DNA from: Massalongia carnosa
Taxonomy: Eukaryota
Assembly: GCA_965645245.1 (NCBI GenBank)
Contig: OZ287082.1
Span: 868,001-932,000, forward strand
Length of the DNA: 64,000 nucleotides
Direction: 5' to 3'
In this document: one piece after another, positions 56,487-64,000 of the stretch
Position numbering within the stretch: the first letter of the stretch is position 1
How the letters are laid out: each line of letters starts with the position of its first letter
Program-made: the position numbers and the translations under genes
Notes under the pieces: generated by a model
What the model was told of the DNA's origin: nothing
What the model saw: only the letters and a program-made list of their open reading frames with translations
Databases searched by the model: none

Positions 56487-59400
56487 ATGCCAGGCGAGGC
56501 CTTTTCGCTGTTTGGCTCCAAGAAGCCGGCGGAAGACAAGTATGCCGGCCAGGAATCCTATGGCGATCCCAAGGTCCTCTCGACCGGAGTGGTCGAGGAC
56601 CTCAGGGCCATCGGGGCCAAGGGGATTCCGGGCGATCTAGACACGCTGCTCAAGGTGGTCACGACCAAAGGACAGCCGGTCGACGACAAGCAAATGGTGG
56701 TAAGGATGGAGATGTCCCCTCCGCCAGGTGGTTTTCCGCTCACCGTCTCGGGACTAGATGGAGAAGCTCATCGCCATCACCGCATCGTTGCCGGAAACCT
56801 CCAAAACGCGGCACAAGCTGACCTGCACGATCGTGGATTCTCTGTGGGATAGCTTGCAACACCCGCCCCTGAGCTACTATGGCGAAAAGTATCAATATCG
56901 AACGCCCGACGGCAGCTTCAATGTTCGTCGACGGATGGGGATGCGGGGCTGTGGGAGATCACAATGCTGAGGATGGAGACAGAACATTCTAAACCCCGAC
57001 CTGGGGAAAGCGGGCACGCCGTACGCGAAGTCGGTTCGGAGCGTCAAGAAGCTGCACGGGGTGCGACCGGACCCCGGGCTTCTCTTTGACCGTAGGCGAG
57101 CATGAGATCATCCCCATCGGGTACTCGTTGACCGTTCCCTCTAGTGCTGCTGGCGCGCGAGGACGGCACCTTCAAGGAGAATCCGGCAGGAGTCTCGTCG
57201 GTCCTGTTCTACCATGCCACCATCATCATCCACGGTCAGTCAGGCAACCGCGCATCCACCACCCATGGGACGAAGCTGACGATGTTACGCTAGACATCTT
57301 TCGAACCAACAAATTCGACACCAACATCTCGGATACGTCATCCTATCTCGATCTGGCGCCGCTGTACGGTTCCAGCCTCGACGATCAGAAAAAGGTCCGG
57401 ACCATGAAGGAGGGTCTCCTCAAGCCAGACACCTTCCACGAGCGACGGCTTCTCGGCCAGCCACCGGGCGTCAATGTCCTGCTCGTGCTCTACAGCCGAT
57501 TCCACAACTACGTGGCCGATGTGTTGCTGAAGATCAACGAGAACGGTCGTTTCACCTTGCCGCCTAACGCCGACGCAAAATCCTACGCGAAGCAGGATAA
57601 CGATTTGTTCCAGACCGCACGGCTGTGAGTGCCCCCCCCCGTAGTTGATTCGCGGTCAAGTCGCTGACATCTCCCACAGCATCGTCGGCGGGCTGTATGT
57701 CAACATCTCGCTGCACGACTATCTGCGAGGACTCACCAACACCCATCATTCCGCGAGCAGTTGGACCCTGGATCCACGCATCGAGATCGACAAGCAATTC
57801 GATGGCGAGGGGGTGCCCCGAGGCGTCGGCAACCAAGTGTCGGTCGAGTTCAACCTCCTCTATCGCTTTCATTCGACCATCTCGTTGCGCGACGAGAAGT
57901 GGCTGAACGACTTCTTCAAAAGCCTGTTTCCAGACACGACGAAGCCCTTGAGCGAACTCAATCCGCAAGAGCTCGCCCAAGGGCTGTTGCGGTATGAACA
58001 AAGCATTGACGACGAACCCGGCAAACGGGAGTTCGGCGGTCTCAAGCGCGGAAGCGATGGCAAGTTCAATGACGCCGATTTGGTGAGAGTGCTGAAGGAG
58101 AGCATCGAGGACCCGGCGGGTAATCCATCCCCTCATCGCGTGACCGCCCCCATATACCGTTCTGGCTGAGATCCGCAGGCTTGTTCGGTGCTCGGAACGT
58201 TCCGAAGGCGTTACGAGTGGTCGAGATCCTCGGGATTCTGCAGTCGCGCAAATGGTACGATTCCAGTTCCGCTCCTCTCCTCGCCGGTTCAGATGTTGAC
58301 GGTGTTCGCACTTGCAGGCATACCGCCTCCCTCAACGAGGTGCGAGAATTTTTTGGATTGAAGCGCCACGAGCATTTTGAAGACATCAACGCGGATCCCG
58401 AGATCGCCGACATCTTGCGCGATTTGTACGATCATCCGGACATGGTCGAGCTGTACCCGGGGCTCTTCGTGGAGGAAGCGAAAGCGCGGATGGATCCGGG
58501 ATGTGGCGGCTGCCCTCCCTACACTGTTGGTCGCGCTGTGTTCTCCGATGCGGTCACCTTGGTCCGATCCGACCGGTTCTACACCATCGTGAGCGGGTTG
58601 AACCTGTCTCCTCGTGGCGATCGTCAGCTAACGCGTTCATAGGATTACACGGTGGCCACGCTCACCAACTGGGGCATGGCCGCGGTGGCGCAGGATTACA
58701 AGACGTTCGTCCCCCGACCATGCCGGCGGTGGACCGCCATGCTGACGATGACCGCAGCCTCGGAGGATCCATGATGTATCGACTGATCCAACGCGCGCTG
58801 CCCGGCTGGTTTCCGCACAACTCGCTGCATGTGATGCAGCCCATGTTCACCAAGAAAATGAACGAGGAGATCGCCCGCGAAATAGGGACCATAGCGCAGT
58901 ATACCTTGGATGATCCGTCGCCGCCCCGCAAACCGGTGCTCATCGCGAAGCACTCGACGATCACAAAGCTCCTCAAGGATCAACGGTGTTTCCGGGTCCC
59001 GTGGGCGACCAACCTCAATCAGCTCTTCCCGGGGAAACAGGATGTCTCGACGTACATGCTCGGAGGAGATAAACCGGTCAACACCGCCCAACGGAACCTG
59101 GTGGGTGACATTCTCTACGGGCCCACCGACTTCAAAAAACTGCTGTCGGATTTTGTGTTCAACATCGGGACCGCCTACCTCAAGACGGACCTGATTCGGT
59201 TGGGAAAAACCATTCAGCAGATTGATATCATCAGGGAGTACAGGGTCCGACCTTGACTCGAACGAGGCATTGAAGGCTGATGATTCCTTGTAGCGTCGCC
59301 ATCAGCGTCAACGCACGTATGCTGGGCGATCTTTTCTGTCTGGATCTGAACACTGATGAGAATCCCAAGGGGGAACACAGCACGGCGGAGCTGTACAAGT

Positions 59401-60672
59401 ATCTGTTGGATGTGCGCGTGTGGGGCTTCAACAACAACGATCCCGGGTTGGCGTGGAATCGGCGTCGATATGCGCAGGAGGCCGCCGTCATCCTCTCCAA
59501 GTCCACGGAAAAACTGCTGACCAAGGTCCGGGCGGAGAAGCTCCCGCGGGCCTTTGTGGACAAGTTGAAATCCATCTTGCCGTGGCAAGAGGCGGACAAG
59601 AGCCATGTCCCCAAGCAGGGCTCGCTGCGTTGGTATGGGACCTACGTGGTATCCGAGCTGTTTGAGGCCGGGAAAACGGTCAAGGAAGTATCCGATATAA
59701 TGTGGCTCACGGCCCTGGCCGGCGTGGGGGTGAATGTGGCGCTGGTAAGAGTGGTCCCACGCGCCTGCATCGGGGCGAGGAGCGATTAACCCCGTCTTAG
59801 TTTGCCGAAGTTCTGCAATTCTTCCTCGAGGCCGGTAATCAAAAACATTGGGCCAAAATCCAGGACCTTGCCCGCGCCAACAACGAGGAATCGGACAAGC
59901 TGATCCGAACTTACGTCCTAGAGGCTCAAAGGCTGACGAGCGCGGAGAAAACCCTGCGCATCGTGGCGGAAGACACCACGATCGATGGCCAGGCCTTTCA
60001 TCGAGGTGAAGCGGTGGTGTGTCTCTTTGTAAGTGCGAGGATGATGATGGAGGCTTTGATGATGGACGATCCGCTAAGGTTGGATAGGCGCGTGCGTGCA
60101 AAGACCCGAACGAGTTCCCGGACCCCACGGCATTCAAGCTCGATCGACCGCTGGAAAAGTACATCCATTTCGGCTACGGTCCTCACGAGTGCCTTGGCCG
60201 CGAAGTCGGCCTCATCTATTGCACGAGTCTCATCAAGGTGGTGGCGGGCTTGAAAAACCTCCGCCCTGCACCGGGGGCGATGGGAGTCTTGAAGAGCATC
60301 ACCATCGGGAGCGAGCGCTCCTATCTCACGTCCAACTGGGCGGAACTGACGTTCGACCCCACCAGTAAGAACCCCCCCCCTTTTGCCCCGTCCACGTACA
60401 CACCTCGCTGACCAAATACCACTCCAGCGTGGAAGCTCCATTGCGATGGCTGGGGAGCGGGAGTGTACCAGCCACCCGCGCCGGATGCCTCCGCTACGCA
60501 CGATTTGAACACAGTTGCCATCGCCCTCGCCAAACAATCCGCCGAGGCGGCCGGCGCAGAAAAGCCCAGCGACGCAAGTGCGGATTCCACGAAGTTGCCC
60601 GAAATCGCGAAGCAGAAGGCAGACGGGTACTCGAAGGGGATACCTAATGGCTCGGCTAAGGTTTTTTCATAG
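56487..60672 (+). CDS. Fatty-acid dioxygenase-cytochrome P450 fusion (Ppo / linoleate diol synthase family), many introns
   Basis: QHPPLSY, YRTPDGS, IIIHDIF, SSYLDLAPLYG, RFHNYV, EFNLLYRFH, FSDAVTLVRSDRF; P450 EAQR and FGYGPHECLG. Confidence 0.93.
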
Positions 60673-60734
60673 ATTGATTTAGTTTGAAATTGATATGATA
60701 ATCAGATAACATAATCCCCAAGAGATATACAATA

Positions 60735-62984
60735 CCGTATAATTTCCCATATAAGCCTGGACTTAACTATTAACCCCTTTTCGGCTATAAGCCTGTGTTC
60801 TAAAATTGAATTTTCAGACCGAGGGGGGGTATTGGGCTATAAGCTCCTAATTCTTAAGAAGATATAGAGGTACTTAATTTTCCTAGTAATTCTCACTGAA
60901 TTTGAAGTACCTTCCTATTATTCTTCATCCATCTCGCTGTCGCCGCTATTATCTTCCCCGCCATCGTTTTCCTCAATATTCGACCCTATTTCATCTCTTA
61001 AAACATACTCGTATCCCCCCCTAATATTCTCATCCATAACTACCTTATTTGTCTCGTCATTTGTCCCCTCATCTGCCCTCTCATCTATTCTCTCAGCTGT
61101 CTCTATTTCTTCCTCGTTATTTCGTCTCCAATTTCCCACCTCAATGCCCGGAAGATCTTCTACATGCAATTCGTCATCTTCCGATCCATCTATGGCCAGA
61201 GAAAGTCCTAATTTTCTAAACGCTCGACGAATTACATCGGAGCTTTCTTCATGAAATTCCTTCCAAGCTTGTCCAACCCCATTGAGTAAGCATGATTCGA
61301 CGATCCCCCACAGTGTATTTTCCCTGATTCCATTGCTCGAAATGCATGTCGAAATGCATGTCGGCCAGCTCCTTTATTCGATTTTTAATGGGTTTGTTGA
61401 CTGCTACGTCCAAAACTTGAACGTAGCCGGTGCAGCCCGAGGGGATAAAGGAAGGGGTAATATTCAACTCTCGAAAAGCATCTCGAACCTACAAATCAGT
61501 CAGTTAATCAATTGTTATCTTATCAGATTAAAAGCATACCTCGTCGGTTTTCTGTCCTCTGAATACGTCTAAAGTCAACAATCGAGGTATAGCATCTCGA
61601 GCATCTCGATTGACGAATCCGACGGTAGCGTACTTATATTGATGTTTTAGCCATCGAATCATGACCGTGGTATTGCTCCATGCAGTATCATTCCATTGGA
61701 CCGACACCCCTGTATGATACTGACTTATCTCCTTCTTTATACGACTGTTTTTGATTCCGTCTTTTCCCCTGAAGATAAGAAGCGGTTTGCAACGATTTAT
61801 CCCATCAGCAGAGACGTATATCATTAGTGTAGCTTGTCTCTTATCCCATCCCGATCTATGCGTCTTGGCCCATATCGTTTTAGCCCCCTTGAAGTCGTAG
61901 GTATGTCCGTCCAGAAATTCGTACGCAATTGGGGTTTGATCCATGTTACCAATATCACAAAGACGATATCTTCCCCCTCCGTGCTGTGGAATTTGACCTA
62001 TTAAGGGCTGAGAATTACGTCGATTGAATTGCAGCCAACTTTCAATAGTGGACCGCAAATTCTCGGAAACTATCTGTGATTTTTTGGTAACTGCTCGTGG
62101 AGAAATACCGACTCGATTCCTGAAGTTATTAAACCACCCAACAGAGAATTTGAAGCCTAGATACTCATTTCTTTTCCCCGCTTTTCGAATAATTCGATGT
62201 GGATACAAGTCGGCATATATATGTTTTCCCTGACGTATAATCCATCGTTTATCAACCTTCATTCCAGCTTCTCTTTTGTCTTTAAACAGCTCAATCAGCT
62301 GTCTTTCCAACTCCGGTTCCTGACAGCCAGTATTGAGAGGTCTGTTTTTTCTGATTCCAGTACTCATGTTTTCGATTACGGAGCTTGTTTTTAACCATCT
62401 ACGAAGCATAGCTAGACCAATTCCTAGATTTTTTGCAGCTTCGTATTTACTAATAAGCTTAAGAGTTCCGTCTTTTTGAGTCTTCCAAGTTGTTGTAGCA
62501 TAGTTGATAGCAGCTAACTTATTCTCTCGTGTGTAGGATTTTCTTCGACGAGTGATTTCATCATCCGAATTTCTATTAGACACGTCATCAGCCGATTCAC
62601 GTATCAAACGAAACTGTTCAGTTATCTGAGTATTGTCTCCGAAAGATGTCTGAGATGACTGTGAATAGCCTGATTTTTTGACACTTGACGCCTATAAGCT
62701 TCTGGAAACAACTGATTTTGTACGAGGACCGGTACGAGTCTTTTTAGGAGATATATGTGGGGGGGCCATATTGAGATGTATAGGAAGGGCAATGATCAAA
62801 AAAAGAGAAAATGTATTGGGGGGTGGCGGGAAAATTTTTTTTTTCACCCGTTGTTATAAGCCCCTATTTGACTATAAAAATGATTTGGCTATTAACCCCT
62901 TTTGGCTATAAACCCCCGTTCAAAATCACCTCGGTTCAGTCATCTTAGCTATACGCCCCGAGGCTTATATGGGAAATTATACGG
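60735..62984 (-). mobile_element. pogo/Tigger-like DNA transposon
   Basis: Perfect 24-bp TIR CCGTATAATTTCCCATATAAGCCT with TA TSD (60733-34, 62985-86). Confidence 0.95.
60918..62607 (-). pseudogene. pogo transposase with one intron (about 61489-61539) and a +1 frameshift near 61280
   Basis: CENP-B-type HTH (FKFSVGWFNNF), NMDQTP, LTLDVF, QVLDVAVNKP; an extra G breaks QWVGQAW; start codon uncertain. Confidence 0.82.
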
Positions 62985-63384
62985 TACTTGCTTGCTGTGC
63001 TTTTTAATATATTTGTTGGAAAACGACTTTTGTTACGTTCTACTTAGAGGCTAGTCATAGAAACGTCATAAACGAAGACAATAACGATAAAGAGAAAAGA
63101 AGGACATCAAAGGTCGGACGCGCTTCTATAAAGCAACGCGTTCTCTAGTCCTCATGTAGTAAGATAGCAAAAAAGTTTTCCGCGTTATCTCGTGACTCCT
63201 GTCATCCGGTCAGCAGGTTCATCTGCGATTTCCGTAGATGCTCGATTAGGTTTAAGTTCTAAAGCAATTGTAGTATATTTATGTTTTATTTCGTTGAAAA
63301 TTTTTGATAATCGATCTGATAATCGATTTGATTAAATCGCAGAAACACGGAAAACAACAATATGTCGATCCGCCTTCGGCATAC

Positions 63385-64000
63385 CGTAACAAGAGCTCAG
63401 TTAGGCCTAGTGCCACCTGCTAGCCTAACACGCTATCGCGGGACGGGAGAATCTCATTGGATATTATGAACACATCAGCGTTGATTTAGAGGAATAGTGA
63501 TCAGACGTGATCAGATGTGATCAGTCTGCCTAAAGAGGAAATCTACCGCGGTAGATTTAGCGATAGTTACGGGACATCGCTGCGGTCGGCATAGTCTGAT
63601 CACCTCTGATCACCTGTACCCTGCACCTTGTTTTGGATAGGACTTGGACTCCTATATATACGCTCGTTATGTCTAGATAGGAACAGCAGTGTTCAACTAC
63701 TATAGCTTATCAATAGCTCGTACAGAGTCTTAGCAAAGATAATCGCTCTGAAGTCTGCTCTCCATCTTTGCCAAGCCTCCATTCCCCTGTGGCGGAAAGA
63801 CAGCCCCTTGGAATCTTACACTTTGAACACTCCTGACAGAGCAACACTTCACCACCGAAAACATGTCCAGCATGGCAGGCATTATCCAGGAACCCACCCC
63901 TCTACGAAGAAAGGGAAGTTACAGCCAAACTACCCAAACTACCCACACCGGACCTATTCAAGCGAGAACCAGGAAAGATCAAGGACTTCCTGATCCAGCT
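63385..64000 (+). mobile_element. 5' LTR (about 63385-63820) and start of gag of a probable gypsy element running off the window
   Basis: (C)GTAAC...CTTACA ends, TATATA at 63653, self-complementary PBS, ATG near 63863. Confidence 0.6.

Noticed and set aside
18131..60672. Cargo of a Starship giant transposon
   Set aside because: Gene content is compatible, but no tyrosine-recombinase captain or element boundary is visible in the window

Overview
Filamentous-ascomycete-type genomic DNA (spliceosomal GT-AG introns, fungal transposon families). About 70% is nested transposable elements: Ty3/gypsy chromovirus remnants, three Ty1/copia elements plus solo LTRs, four Tad1-like LINEs, one Mutator-like element (MULE) and three pogo/Fot1-type elements. 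Six host genes lie in islands between them: an intronless TPR-CHAT caspase-like protease (18131-22117, -), a four-exon gasdermin-like gene (41684-42843, +), a HeLo-like/TPR/ankyrin gene, an MFS sugar transporter, a DUF2235 alpha/beta-hydrolase and a fatty-acid dioxygenase-P450 fusion. Main result: the 19.2 kb between the protease and the gasdermin-like gene is one MULE with matching TIRs and a 9-bp TSD (CTGCGAATT), filled with later insertions. Removing it puts the two genes head-to-head about 360 bp apart, the layout of a protease-activated pore-forming cell-death module. Other signals: a conserved gag-pol UGA plus downstream stem-loop in two diverged copia elements, a copia with CTTTG...CAAAG ends, a covarying double hairpin at the 3' end of all four LINEs, a self-priming LTR, and a CC/GG-depleting mutation signature. 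All family calls come from motif reading by eye; no database search was run.
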